From contig OZ025800.1 of assembly GCA_964019425.1 (NCBI GenBank), positions 682,001 through 746,000 on the forward strand: a DNA stretch of 64,000 nucleotides. The letters run 5' to 3'. The translations under genes were made by a program, and so were the position numbers. Shown here in pieces: positions 32,624 through 44,345 of this stretch; positions within the stretch are counted from its first letter, which is position 1; each line of letters begins with the position of its first letter. Below the pieces are notes generated by a model. That model did not search any database. It was not told where the DNA came from and saw only the letters and a program-made list of their open reading frames with translations. Origin of the DNA: Flectonema sp. DT1601. Its lineage: Eukaryota.

Positions 32624-35600
32624 CTAATTCACACCCGCTACTGGCTGTGAAATAGTTCTTCTCCTCCAAGCTTTTTGGATGACTATTGCTGAAACAGATC
32701 TCTCGCTTTTATTGATATTTTCGATTAATTGCTGTCTGTTGTTTCGTAGATTGCGCACCTGTTCTTTTGCATTCATAATTAAACGAACTGATTGGATAGT
32801 TTTGGCTGCCTCATGTTTTAGTTTAATATCATTTCTAGTACTGTAACCTTTATAAACTTTCTTAATAAGTGTAGCACACCAATTGTATTCTTCATCTCGA
32901 GTGAATTCGATGAAAGTGAGTTCAGCGTCTCGACGATATTGAGACATGGCACGGCGACCAATAACGGACCTCCACCAAGTCTGAATACTCAGGACAGACC
33001 AATGAGTATAAATGATAGCCTCATCTTGTAGTGTCAGTTGAGTACTCTTTAATGGAAGTGCTAAAAGATTCCCCATCAGCAATTGTGGTAACACATATGA
33101 CAACACGACTTCCCTTCGTAGTCTCATTCGTCTTCTACAGACTTCCTCCTTCGCTAAGTAGCATTTCCATTGTTTTTGGATAATCAAAGCTGCTGCATTC
33201 TCTCGTTCTATTGCTCGTCTGATGGCTTGTCCGAATAGGGTTTTGCGTTCTATCGCGTCGAGTATTTCTCTTAATGTGTTTTGATATCTTAAATCAGACA
33301 CCAAGTTCCACCAATTAGCAATCACAGAAGCTGCGTTACATTGAACAACTGTTTCAAGATCAGGAACATCACTCGTGGGTGATTTTTGTAGCTGAATAAG
33401 TGCCCCTAATGCTGTTCGATTTCTTGGTGATGGAGTGTGACGATAATGCTCTTTCTCTTGATCAGGTATGATACTGATTTCTGGATATAACTTTGACAGT
33501 AGTATAGTGTATAATAATAAAGACTCTTCTGAGCGTGTTGCTCCACGGGATACCCGACTTGTATACTTTTGTTGTGAAACATGTCGTCGGAAATTCGATT
33601 GAATTTTTATCGCACTGTAGTTTATAACATCTGACAGTACTTCTCGTGAATCATTTATCTTCCGAGCAGTAATTAAGTTGCGACGAAGTTTCATTGCGAC
33701 GTACCTCCTGTAAGCGAGTTGAATAGTCAGCGCACCCCAATCATCTGTTACTTGCTTGACATAGTTACCACGTTCTTCACAACGAATCTTTCTAAGTCGT
33801 TCAGTTCGATTCCGTGCCTTCGATTTTCGAAAGCAGCATTGAATTACTATCGCGTGTTGGTTAATTAATTTTGATGTCTTTTGATGTTCTATATCTTGGT
33901 GGATTCTAATTTGCTTTTGAATAACTTCAGCAGAGTAATGTCTAAGAGATTCCTGAAGGTACAGATATCTCTGTTCTTGCCAAGCATACTTTAGGCGGAG
34001 AAACATATTTCTGGTGGCAAAACGTCTCCATTGCGACTGAATGCGAATTGCAGCGATTCGCATTTTGGAGAAAATGACAAACCTCGATGCGACTCGTGAC
34101 CTAATCAACATTCCTCTCCCAAGACGTTGAATTCCTAACAAAGTTTCAAATGCTGATTCGTATAAATTTTGTTCAGACTGCTCTCGTAATCTGGTACTAC
34201 GTTTTTGGTAGTACGTCTTACGGGATAGGAATTTCCTTACAGTTCTCTGAAGAACTAACACTGCGGCACAAACAATTTCACCTCGTCTCTTCTCCACATA
34301 CTCAACAGAGAGTTTTTTCTCTGCAAAGTGAATAATTACAAATGCATTTCTTTGACGTTCCATTCGTATTGATTCTACTTGTTGTAACTCTTCTTGTTCA
34401 ATACGAGAAGTGTTGTAAAGTAGAATTCGTTGTTTCTTCGCACTGAGGAGTGCTACAGCTGATTGTCTAATATTGTGCATTCTCCAAAAGTGTTGAATTT
34501 GAAGAGTAGCTTTAACAACTGAAGACATGAACGAAAGATCATCTCTGCGTCTTTCAACGAGTACACAAAGAAGTTTGTGTGCTCTCAGTAGACGTACAAC
34601 GCGTTGGATAATTCTGGTTGACTTTCTTATAACTTTATAACGACGTAAGGCAGTACAACCCCTCCAATATGATTGGATACGAACTGCGGAATTATAAAAA
34701 GTATTTCTGCGATGCCAAACACCAAAAACACTCCTCCGAGCTTTCATTCCTTTCATCACTCTAACAAGAAGAAAGAAGGCAACTTGTTTCTGCTGTCGAA
34801 TGAGGCTTCTTCGTGTTCTCAAAGTGATTAAGTCTTGTTGTCGTTTCTGTGAGATCTTCCAATTCTTTTGAATTGCTAACGCAGCACTTAGTTGAACTAT
34901 TCTCTTTGCTTCTCTAGAGTCTCTTGTTGCCTGTAACCACTTACTAGCTAATTGATTCACAAACATGTATCCAGACACCGCCTTCTGAAGTTTCATGAAA
35001 TTAGTAATCCGCATTCTTGCCAGGTTCACCTGCGTTGCTGGCTCAGATGGAGGAGCAGGTGAGATATCTTCAATAATCTGATGATTAGATCTCGAAGAGG
35101 TGTTTATAATCTTTGGAGCTGAAGGAGCAAGAGGAGTAGTATTTGGTACAACACCTCCTCCTGTTACTAATCTCTGAACATGTTCTTTAAGAGCTTGATA
35201 TCTATTCCAATCTCTTTGAGATATCTCTGAGTGTTTTGAATTAGAATTCTGTTCCTCTCCAATCAAACTGCTGCTGCTATTTTCATAACCAGCAGCTGTT
35301 GATTCTCTGTCTCTGTCTTTTGGAGACGAGTTTGGTGGATGCGGTTTGTGTGACTTCTTCCTCGAGGCAGGTTTATCCTTACGCTTCTTAGTAGCACGAG
35401 GGGTTCTGGATTCTACTTCTTGTTGGAAAATATGAGAATGAGCTCGAGGGACTTGCTGAGTAGCAAACTTGTGTTCCAACTGAATTGCTCTGAAATTACG
35501 TTGCTTTTGCGAGCTGGGAGGTTGACACCGTGGAGGAGAATGATGAGGAACATATTGCGGTAGATCTGTTGAGGCTGTAGTGTGTTGGATGTTACAACTG

Positions 35601-36670
35601 ATATCAGGAAGGAATCCACCAGGAGGTCGAGATAGTATTTTAACTGGTGAGTTAGACACTCCACCAATCGGTACATTCCCATCAGTACTTTTAGTCGGTT
35701 TGAATGGCAACAACTGTGATGGATATATTTGTGTTGGAAACGACTGTCTTAATAATGACAAGTCGGCTTCTTTGATTTCAAAGAAAGCCTCATCGTCACT
35801 TTCTAACTTTTGAATCCAACTATTCGACAATGACACAAGTTGATGATCAACACCCAATACTTCCTCAACAGTTGTAGCCATGTCAGTAATAAAACTTTGA
35901 TCCTTTACACCATTTAGTTTACAATATAGTTTCGAATATAACTTAACTGATGACATAAAAAGAACCCCATACGAAGACAGAAAAGCCTGTTGAGCTTGTG
36001 TAACAGACGGGATAGGAGAAGGAGGTAATTGTGTTGTGAAAATATCATGAGCGCAGTTGAGAGAATGCTGTGCTGTAGACAAAGCGGATTGCAAGTCACC
36101 AGATAAAGCAGCAACAATAGAAGTATTAACCAGAGTAAGTGGGGAGGTTGGTTCAAGGACAAGAGCTCGTTCCAGAATTTGCTTCGCAGAATGTAATGAA
36201 GTGGACGATAACATTACTGACGCGGTATTATTAAATGTGGAGACCAGAAGAGATAATCTGAGAGGATGAAATCCAGACAAAGCCTCAGTATTTAAAATAA
36301 TATTCTCAGCTTTAGCCAACAACAATCTACAAGTAGTACTATCACGAGGAACATTTCCCGATGCTAATGCGCTGCAAACTAACCGATTACACGTGACTAC
36401 AATATGTTCAGCGTAAGACCATCTCTTCGTTGCTTGTGTTGCTATTTTTGTTTTAAGAATGTTTTCCATTAAATTAATTCCTTCCATCGGTTTTCTTGAC
36501 TGAATTAGTTTCTCGGCTGCTGCCTCTTCTAGTGCATCGTTGCTTATTTGATTATGTTTTGGTTGTGTAGGTGCACTAAGATGCTGCTTTCGCATGTACA
36601 CCGACCCGTATGCATGCTTTTTACTGGGTTTAGTATAGTCAAGCAGTACCATTGGATTCTTATTACTCAT
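32624..36670 (-). CDS. Large multi-IQ-motif (calmodulin-binding) protein with N-terminal TPR-like helices
   Basis: Many IQxxxR-type motifs (IQSYWRG, IQRVVR, IQHFWR, IQRLGRG, IQSQWR, IQCCFR, IQLAYR, IQSNFR, IQTWWR, IQKAWR). Confidence 0.85.
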   Translation of the reverse strand: MSNKNPMVLLDYTKPSKKHAYGSVYMRKQHLSAPTQPKHNQISNDALEEAAAEKLIQSRKPMEGINLMENILKTKIATQATKRWSYAEHIVVTCNRLVCSALASGNVPRDSTTCRLLLAKAENIILNTEALSGFHPLRLSLLVSTFNNTASVMLSSTSLHSAKQILERALVLEPTSPLTLVNTSIVAALSGDLQSALSTAQHSLNCAHDIFTTQLPPSPIPSVTQAQQAFLSSYGVLFMSSVKLYSKLYCKLNGVKDQSFITDMATTVEEVLGVDHQLVSLSNSWIQKLESDDEAFFEIKEADLSLLRQSFPTQIYPSQLLPFKPTKSTDGNVPIGGVSNSPVKILSRPPGGFLPDISCNIQHTTASTDLPQYVPHHSPPRCQPPSSQKQRNFRAIQLEHKFATQQVPRAHSHIFQQEVESRTPRATKKRKDKPASRKKSHKPHPPNSSPKDRDRESTAAGYENSSSSLIGEEQNSNSKHSEISQRDWNRYQALKEHVQRLVTGGGVVPNTTPLAPSAPKIINTSSRSNHQIIEDISPAPPSEPATQVNLARMRITNFMKLQKAVSGYMFVNQLASKWLQATRDSREAKRIVQLSAALAIQKNWKISQKRQQDLITLRTRRSLIRQQKQVAFFLLVRVMKGMKARRSVFGVWHRRNTFYNSAVRIQSYWRGCTALRRYKVIRKSTRIIQRVVRLLRAHKLLCVLVERRRDDLSFMSSVVKATLQIQHFWRMHNIRQSAVALLSAKKQRILLYNTSRIEQEELQQVESIRMERQRNAFVIIHFAEKKLSVEYVEKRRGEIVCAAVLVLQRTVRKFLSRKTYYQKRSTRLREQSEQNLYESAFETLLGIQRLGRGMLIRSRVASRFVIFSKMRIAAIRIQSQWRRFATRNMFLRLKYAWQEQRYLYLQESLRHYSAEVIQKQIRIHQDIEHQKTSKLINQHAIVIQCCFRKSKARNRTERLRKIRCEERGNYVKQVTDDWGALTIQLAYRRYVAMKLRRNLITARKINDSREVLSDVINYSAIKIQSNFRRHVSQQKYTSRVSRGATRSEESLLLYTILLSKLYPEISIIPDQEKEHYRHTPSPRNRTALGALIQLQKSPTSDVPDLETVVQCNAASVIANWWNLVSDLRYQNTLREILDAIERKTLFGQAIRRAIERENAAALIIQKQWKCYLAKEEVCRRRMRLRREVVLSYVLPQLLMGNLLALPLKSTQLTLQDEAIIYTHWSVLSIQTWWRSVIGRRAMSQYRRDAELTFIEFTRDEEYNWCATLIKKVYKGYSTRNDIKLKHEAAKTIQSVRLIMNAKEQVRNLRNNRQQLIENINKSERSVSAIVIQKAWRRRTISQPVAGVN

Positions 36671-36693
36671 CGTTCCCCCTTTTCCCCCCTACG

Positions 36694-36722
36694 CTGATGG
36701 TAAAAAAAATAAAACAATTTTA
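36694..36722 (-). promoter_or_regulatory. U-rich tract + AG, putative trans-splice acceptor of the IQ-motif gene
   Basis: ttgttttatttttttaccatcAG, 23 nt upstream of the ATG. Confidence 0.5.
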
Positions 36723-36889
36723 TGATAATTATTCCTCCAAAAGAATACTGTGTGTACTGTTTAAGAACGAATAAAATACAAAAAAAAAAAACTATCCACA
36801 AATACAACCAGACTGGAAGATGGCTACAGGATAAACAACTATTTCCGTGGTAGTACACCACTGAGATCACTACCATACAGAAAGTGATA

Positions 36890-39002
36890 TTAAAGAACAG
36901 TCCAAGTGTATCTCTCGGCTGATTGTTCTAAAAGTGTTTTTAATTCGTCTATTGGAATCTTAGAGTCTCTTGCTCTGTTGTAGAATGCTACAGCTGTACC
37001 TGTTTGATGTGTGTTTGAGTTTGATTAGGTTATAAAAAGACATTTAAACATACCTGTCTTTCCAGCCCTACCAGTTCTACCAATTGCGTGTTTGTACTCA
37101 GTAATAGATTCAGGCATATCGAATATGACTACGAGAGGGCAATCGATATCTGTGTTGGATTGAAGAGTTGAAATGAAGCTCTTTGATGATTAACTTGTTG
37201 TAAATACACAATAAAACCATACCAATTCCACGACCCAGAACACCGTAAGAACAGACCAGGACGACTGGCTGTTCCATTGATCTAATTTCATTTATCGTAG
37301 TTATGCGTTGATCATGAGTGAAGTTACCGGAAGTTTCGCGAACCTGAACCCCTTGACACCCTCTCCTAATATCATCAGCGACAGTTGAAACAGTCGCCTT
37401 GCGAGTGAATAAAATTATTTTTGCATTCGATGATTGACTTACTTCATTATTAATCTCCCTCATACTTCTCTCTAAACGACTTCTGTAGTCGTGAGTTTCT
37501 ATAATGTGCTGACGAATGCGAGCATTATTTTCTAAAGGACTATTTTCCGTAATACACCATGCACCTTCCTTTATTAGCGGAGTACCTCTACTACCACTAC
37601 GAAATCCGACTAATTGCTGTAATGGTTCATAAAGTGTTGCAGAACACACGGTAGTATGATGAGGAGGTGATTTCGGAAGGAGGTTTTTAATGTAGTCAAG
37701 TCTGAGGCAGGTGTCAGGTCCGGAATCGGCTATTTTATCTGCCTCGTCAACAATAAAGTGACTGACTGAGCGAACATCTAAAAACGGTCTTGCTGATGTT
37801 AAAATCTCATACAGTCTTCCTATGGTGGAAATTAATATGTGAGGAGTTCCTTCGCGATGAACTGCTGAACGCTGTTGATCAATACTGCTACATCTTCCTA
37901 GAATAGGGAATACGTGAATGTCAGTACCATCACATAGTGTCTTTATCTCTTCGAAAACCTGTTCGGTTAACTCCATCGTGTGTGTTATGATCAAAGCATA
38001 AGTCGAAGTATTTCTTTCTGCTCCTGAAGCCATCAGATTCTTTATAACTGGAAGGGCGTATGCTGCAGTCTTTCCTGACCCGGTACTACCAGATAGTAAT
38101 ATGTCTTTCTCAAAAGAAATATTTGATAACATAATTGACTGTACAGCTGTTGGCTGTTTCCACCGTTTGGCTACATTTGAAGCTACAGCAACTGGTAGCT
38201 GAGCTTGATTCCATGATACGCTTGGAGTCATCCAATTTATGAAAGCATTCAACTCATCCGTGGGGCTTCCTGTTACTTGCCATCCGTTGTTTGCCAATTG
38301 AATTGCGATTTCTCTGGAAGTTTGTCTATCAACTGGTAATGAATTGTAAGGTACTGGTTTAGGAGTTTCTGTAACCAGCTGTGAAATACCATTTGAAATA
38401 ATTCCATTTTGTATTTGATGATTCCCCAGCTGCTGAGATACCAAATTCTGAGATACGACTGACGAAGCAACATACGAATATTGACCATTCAGTTCTGGTT
38501 GAACCACTGCCGCTGTCAGTGGCAACGGAGGTGGCGGTGGTGGTGGTGGTGGAGGTGGAGGTACATTTTTGTTACCGAACGTGCCAATGTGATTTGTGGA
38601 TAGCGTAGATGCTTGAACCTGACTAACATTATTGAGTGTTAGATTTCCACCAATTCCCCCACAGCTGTCAGCTACATGTCCTTTGATTGAAAAGAAATTA
38701 TTATTACTCTCTGATAGTGTAGGTTGAACCGTTAGACCATTCTGTTGTACAGCAACAGGTTCCGTGCCCAACATGTTTGTGGCATCATTATACGCCACAC
38801 CCATGGCGATTACCTCCTCAAGCGTGAGCTGCTTTACTTCAATTAATTTCCTAAAACCTTTTGCTTCTAATCTTTTTGAATACCTTTCCATCCCTCTCCA
38901 CTGTAACTCATTATACAGCTCTGATCTAACTGGAGGTTGTTTTGTGTATTTTCTAAATAGCGCTGCTGTGGCGTCAGCAACATCTGCCGTGAGAGGCTGC
39001 AT
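36890..39002 (-). CDS. DEAD-box RNA helicase with N-terminal SAM-like domain and polyproline tract. Exons 39002-37223, 37149-37054, 36999-36890
   Basis: Q motif PTAVQ, GSTGSGKT, TIGRL, VDEAD, SAT. Splicing restores motif V (LGRGID) and motif VI (YKHAIGRTGRAGKTGTAVAF). Confidence 0.92.
37000..37053 (-). other. Spliceosomal intron, 54 nt
   Basis: GTATGT...cacacatcaaacAG; phase 1. Confidence 0.88.
37150..37222 (-). other. Spliceosomal intron, 73 nt
   Basis: GTATGG...caatccaacacAG; phase 1; restores RGID. Confidence 0.9.
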
Positions 39003-39334
39003 TCTATGTTTGAATGCTGTAATGGTTTATAAAATAATAGTCAATAATACAAAACGGTGTAACGGTGTAACGATGCAACCAGATAATGAATCACCTGTTA
39101 AAAAGAGGAGGTTGATGCGAATAACAAAAAACGTCACTTCTAATAAAATTGTTATATCTTAACGAAAGTGCAAAAAGTAAGAATCACGATCAAAAAAAAC
39201 AAAAGAACGAAACTAACCAAAACAGCATCATGGTATACTAATTATTGAATTGTGAGCGAAGCAACACGAAAAGAAGAAGAAATGCTGGAACCCCTCCGAA
39301 GGGACTATTACATTAAACAGGACTCACAAGTTAT

Positions 39335-40099
39335 TCAGTACAAAGGTGGGCCGTTACCACAATAAGGACATGCTTGATGACTGAACAGTCGCTGTGATCT
39401 CGTCACGTGAGTTGTATGTGGGAAGGTTGCAACCCGATACGAAATCTCACCTTTTACCGAAAGTGTGAAGCATCCTTGATTAAGAAGTATTACTACACGA
39501 AGACCTTCAGAGAGTTGATCTACTTTAATATCATAAAGAAATGACATTACTGATGTAGATTGTGGGCTTATCTGGGTCGAAACATTCCCGGTAGGGAATC
39601 GAACTGGTTCGTGAACGGGATAACTGAGATTTTTTGCATCATCAGAGAATGTTACACGAAGGTATGCATGTTCGATCTCTGCGTGGACTCTGTTGGGATT
39701 ATCAGCAACGAGAGTCATATTCAGTTTTATTGTATCAGACAGGTAGTGTTGTGTACTCGGAAGCTTTAATCTAACTTCCTGAAGGAATAGTGAACATGGT
39801 TGATAATACACCAAGTACAGTGATGATAATATAATTGTAACTGCCAGTGATATTGTAATACACAACATCACTAAGGATGCTTTCTTCCAATATTGTTTCT
39901 TTTTATATTGTTGTCGTCGCTCTTGTTCATTACTTGATGGATCTGGGACATCGATAGCCTTCGGAGTAGGTTGAGGAGTATCAGCATTTCCTTTTTGAAT
40001 GTCCGGAACAAACCTCTCACAACTATCACTATCGCTATTTTCATAGAGGAAATCCTCGTCATCACTCTCCGGAGAATTGACATCGAAATTTTGAGCCAT
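39335..40099 (-). CDS. Type II membrane protein with LEA_2 (NHL/WHy-like) domain
   Basis: Acidic N-terminus, single TM (ASLVMLCITISLAVTIILSSLYLVYY), LNMTLVADNPN motif and a beta-rich C-terminus. Confidence 0.75.
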   Translation of the reverse strand: MAQNFDVNSPESDDEDFLYENSDSDSCERFVPDIQKGNADTPQPTPKAIDVPDPSSNEQERRQQYKKKQYWKKASLVMLCITISLAVTIILSSLYLVYYQPCSLFLQEVRLKLPSTQHYLSDTIKLNMTLVADNPNRVHAEIEHAYLRVTFSDDAKNLSYPVHEPVRFPTGNVSTQISPQSTSVMSFLYDIKVDQLSEGLRVVILLNQGCFTLSVKGEISYRVATFPHTTHVTRSQRLFSHQACPYCGNGPPLY

Positions 40100-42089
40100 T
40101 TTTTTTTTTTTATTGATATTATTCTCTGTGATGAATATAAAGAGATAAGTTACTTACTAAGTTCCCCCTTCTTCATTTTTCTTTTTTGGTTTTTGATGGG
40201 AACTTATCTGCTATTATTTCCTTCATTTTCCGTGTTTGAGAATGTTCCTGAATCGAAAGTAAAAAATAAACCCTCTAGAACACAACACAACTCATAATAA
40301 ACTTTTACGTGTGTCAACAAAATTATATTTTCACGGAGAGAGAACACCAAATACGTGAGCTGAACGAATTACTTCACACAATTTAATATAATTTTTCTGA
40401 CAAAAAGCTTTTTTTTTGTTACAGGAAGACAGAACCAAGGCTTTGGAGTACAAACTCAAACCGAAGGTAGTATTTTCTCGCTAATAAATATAATTGTCTT
40501 TGTAAGACAAAAAAAAAAAAAAAAAAAACCAAAACAGACGACGAAACTAATATAAAAAAAAAACGAACCATGACTGGAGTGAAAACAATGATAAAGCAGT
40601 GATCCGTAACCAAATAGAGTACACAAGAAATCATTTTATCTTTGCGAAAAAAGACCCAGGACTTAGTAACATACACACGGTAGGTTCTTCTGCTACCTAA
40701 CACTTGCTCAGGAACGATTCTCTATATTTCGTTGAACATAGAATCCTATCGCACGGGGAAATAATTCAATTCTGAATAGTTTCTTCTCCGACTACGTTAA
40801 TACGAAAAAGAAAAAGAAAAAAAGAAAAACTCCAGTTCAGTCCTATATATAAGAAATCATTAAAAAAAGAAAAAAAAAAAAAAAAGAAAAAGAAAAACGC
40901 AAATTCGTAAGTGAATAAGAACTTGCCAATGCAATAAAATGCAGACACATTCATCAAAAACAGGCTCTCGCGTCTAAATAAAAACTAGGGAACGTAACAA
41001 AACAAATAACAATAATTTAGCACCCACTCCATGAAGTTTCAATTACGTAGTGAGTGACTACTAACAAGGCATGAAATATTTCTTTATTAACCCGAACTGG
41101 GATGATGCTCTTCACCTTTTACGTAATTTTTATTCAAACAAAACCTTAATATGCCTGAGGAACAAACTAATGAAAACAGTGCACATCAACAATATAAAAA
41201 AAATAAAAAAAAATAAAACACACCTTTAACCCAACTATTGGGTTCGTGTTTTTCCTTTAGATATGATGAGACAATAATAATTAAAATGAAAACAGTTAAT
41301 TCACCACCTCCATTGCATGTGATGGCATAAAAGCCTAAAAAAGGGGGGGAGGAGATTGTCTGCAGAGGTGTGTTTGATGTGAGAATGTGAAACATAGCAA
41401 TAAAAATGAGATATTAATACATTTTTGTGACCCGCAGAGTGAAATATCCCTCACTCAGCAGATGTCATCTTTTCGCAAGTTCCAAAAACCAACGTCCTAA
41501 CACATCCTAAGTGCCGATGTCTACTTCCCGTAGTTTATTCGTTTTGCGCTGCAGGGCTGCAAAAGATACATAAGGATATCTTTGTAAAGTTAATTTTCTA
41601 TTATTCTTTTTTTAGAGAAAATTCCTAATACAAATACTACCAGAATAGTTTCCGAAATCGGGGAAGCCCAACTCAGGAAGGGATTCTTCCAGTTGAGAAG
41701 CGACCAGCTCCAAGAAACAACTACCACAACAAAACACACATAAATATTATCACCTTATTCGTTGTGCTGAATAATCAACTTCTTCGACACTTCGTTTGTT
41801 TTTGTTCCCTTTCTAATTTTTTTTTTTAAAGCTCCGTGCAATAAAAACTTAAGAGGAAGTAACTTGAGAAAGGGGGGGGGGAATAAGAAGGAAAAAAAAG
41901 GAAAGCGAAGTTCTCTTACATTCATTTATATCAACGTACATGCCAAGTGTTCAAGAAAGAAGTACGGGAATAGATCACGAATAATATAAATCATAGTCTG
42001 TTGTTATTTTATCAATTATGTTACAATTATTGAGGTGTTCAGAGAATGAAAATTATAAAAATCACGTCTGACATTTGATCGATGCCACG

Positions 42090-43922
42090 CTATCCAACGA
42101 GAGGTAACTCCCCGAGATGTGGAGCCCTTGATGGTGGCGCAGGAGGTCTGAGAGCGTTACCTCGACCTGCATTTCGATTCAGACTACTAATGACTGGAGC
42201 TGAAGGCCTTCTACGAGAAGAACTATAATTAGATGACGACCCAACACTTGAGAGTCCACTAACTGAACTAAAGCGTGGATGACGAACTGAATTCTGTGAT
42301 GCTGGTCGTCGCGGTGGCATTTGTCTCCCCCTTCCAACTTCCGGAAGTGCAGATGGAAACTCACTTTCATTTATTGAGATTGCAGGCCTATGAAAACCTT
42401 GATTTTCAACCTTTTCAACTTGTTCAATTTCTCTAATCCATTCATTCTCTTCCTTAGGAGACATTTCAATATGATGACCAACATGATGAGCATCATATGG
42501 ATCATCTTCTGCTTTAAGTGCATGCTTAAGCCATTCTCTTGGAATGTTTCTCGTTCCGTGCACAAGTGCGAAGATCAGTACAGTTCGAGGTACGAAGTAC
42601 AGGAGGGGAAACAGAGGAGCTATCCAGCAGACTAAAACTAAAGCACCAGCTTCCTTAACAATAAGCCCTGTCAACATAACAACTTGCCCAATATGAAAAC
42701 AAGTGACAAGAACGATAACGTGAATTTGGAATCGAAGAGCTGGAGGGTTTTGTGGATCCCATTTGCTGTGTGGATCACAACAACAACTCTTTTCATGATC
42801 CCATGGGTCATCTCCTCCTTGAGACCAACGTTGACCGTATTCTTCATATCTATCTAAATCAAATGGAGCGTTGGTTGCTCCATCAGATCCAATATATTCA
42901 ACGTGTGCTATTCTCGGATGACCAGATGCTCTCTCAATCATCTTCTTTAGAAGACCAGATATCCTCATTAACATAAAAGCTCCAATAGTTGGAGGTAGGA
43001 TTGCTGTTCCAATTACTGTCGTACTCAGTGCTGGACCCAGTTTGTGTAATAAATTAGTTCCAGGTGCTGCTAGTAACACCATAAACCAAGCAATAGGTGG
43101 AATGTGAAGTAAATCAACAATAGTTTCACTCATAGCCTTGTGAGTAAACCTTGCCATGTCAAAATGATGAACAGCTTCCTCTGGAGGAGGTAATGGTGAT
43201 GGGGGTTTCGTTAATTTGTGTCTAGCTAACCACTTCTCGTGAACGTTGATGCTTGGGTTGCAAATATCTCTGATCTCTGCTTCATTGTTTGCTATGACAG
43301 CACCTCTGATAAATAACACACTCTTAGCCCACAAGGACTCTTTATGTAAATAAAAACCTGCAATCCCTGCAAGTGATGCTGGTGTTGATTCATGACGCAT
43401 GTACTTGTGAAGAGACACCTTTTGGAGCTTAGCAATACGAGCAGTCATTCTATCACGTTGATAGAAAGTGACTAATATAAAAACACAATATGTCAATCCC
43501 ATAAAGAATAATACTAAATGAGCATATTCAAACATCAATATATCAAAACCTATTCCACACTGATCAGATCCTGAACTTGAAGAACCTGAATTAGAAGTAC
43601 AATCACCAAGAGGCAGTCTAATATCGAGCAGTCCAACTTCTGCTGATAAGATTAACATAAAACTAACAACTCCAACCATCATCAGTTCAGAATAAATTGA
43701 TTGAATACCCTTTCGTCTACTGCTATCTCTAGTCTTCCTCTCAATTGCGTGTTTAGCTCCTTCGATTCCCAACGTTGCGAATACAACGAAACCGAACATT
43801 ATAAACACCGTGAGAGGATTGTCTTCAACTCGCTTTCCTAAGTCCCACAACTTCGCACCGCCAGCAGCTGAGGTTTCTCTGATCAATGCGAAGATCAGTA
43901 CGATGATCATTTTAAAATACAT
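42090..43922 (-). CDS. MLO: MLO-family multi-pass membrane protein
   Basis: SELMMVGVVSFML (cf. ELMLLGFISLLL), HLVLFFMGLTY (cf. LHIFIFVLA), FDMARFTHKAMSETIVDLLHIPPIAW (cf. FDFxKYxxRsLEddFxxVVGISxxxW); about 7 TM segments. Confidence 0.8.
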   Translation of the reverse strand: MYFKMIIVLIFALIRETSAAGGAKLWDLGKRVEDNPLTVFIMFGFVVFATLGIEGAKHAIERKTRDSSRRKGIQSIYSELMMVGVVSFMLILSAEVGLLDIRLPLGDCTSNSGSSSSGSDQCGIGFDILMFEYAHLVLFFMGLTYCVFILVTFYQRDRMTARIAKLQKVSLHKYMRHESTPASLAGIAGFYLHKESLWAKSVLFIRGAVIANNEAEIRDICNPSINVHEKWLARHKLTKPPSPLPPPEEAVHHFDMARFTHKAMSETIVDLLHIPPIAWFMVLLAAPGTNLLHKLGPALSTTVIGTAILPPTIGAFMLMRISGLLKKMIERASGHPRIAHVEYIGSDGATNAPFDLDRYEEYGQRWSQGGDDPWDHEKSCCCDPHSKWDPQNPPALRFQIHVIVLVTCFHIGQVVMLTGLIVKEAGALVLVCWIAPLFPLLYFVPRTVLIFALVHGTRNIPREWLKHALKAEDDPYDAHHVGHHIEMSPKEENEWIREIEQVEKVENQGFHRPAISINESEFPSALPEVGRGRQMPPRRPASQNSVRHPRFSSVSGLSSVGSSSNYSSSRRRPSAPVISSLNRNAGRGNALRPPAPPSRAPHLGELPLVG

Positions 43923-44345
43923 TCACCCTGTCTAGGGAGTGCCTGCTGGAGAATAAAATTATAAATTGTGAAAACATATCAGACAAACGGCTTGTTCTAT
44001 TAGTGTTCAACCTGTGAGAGAATGTGTAATTGACTGATAAATGACTGCAGTGATTATAACAGCGCCCTGAAGGGCCGTAAATAATACTCGTTGATCGACT
44101 AATCGGTTGTGTTCTTAATTTAACAGATAGTAACATGTTCTAGTGATGGTAAATATTTTATTATCAGTTTGTCAAAAATGGGGGAGTACTCTGCTCGCAG
44201 AGGTTCTCTCGGTATGGATGCTGCTGTCGAACTTGCTCGACTGTTCAGCAGAGTAACTACTTCAGTCAGATAACACAGTAACTGGTACTGCTTTGATAAC
44301 ACGACTACGGTACAAAACCAAAAGTCTGCAGTCTCTTCAACCTTC

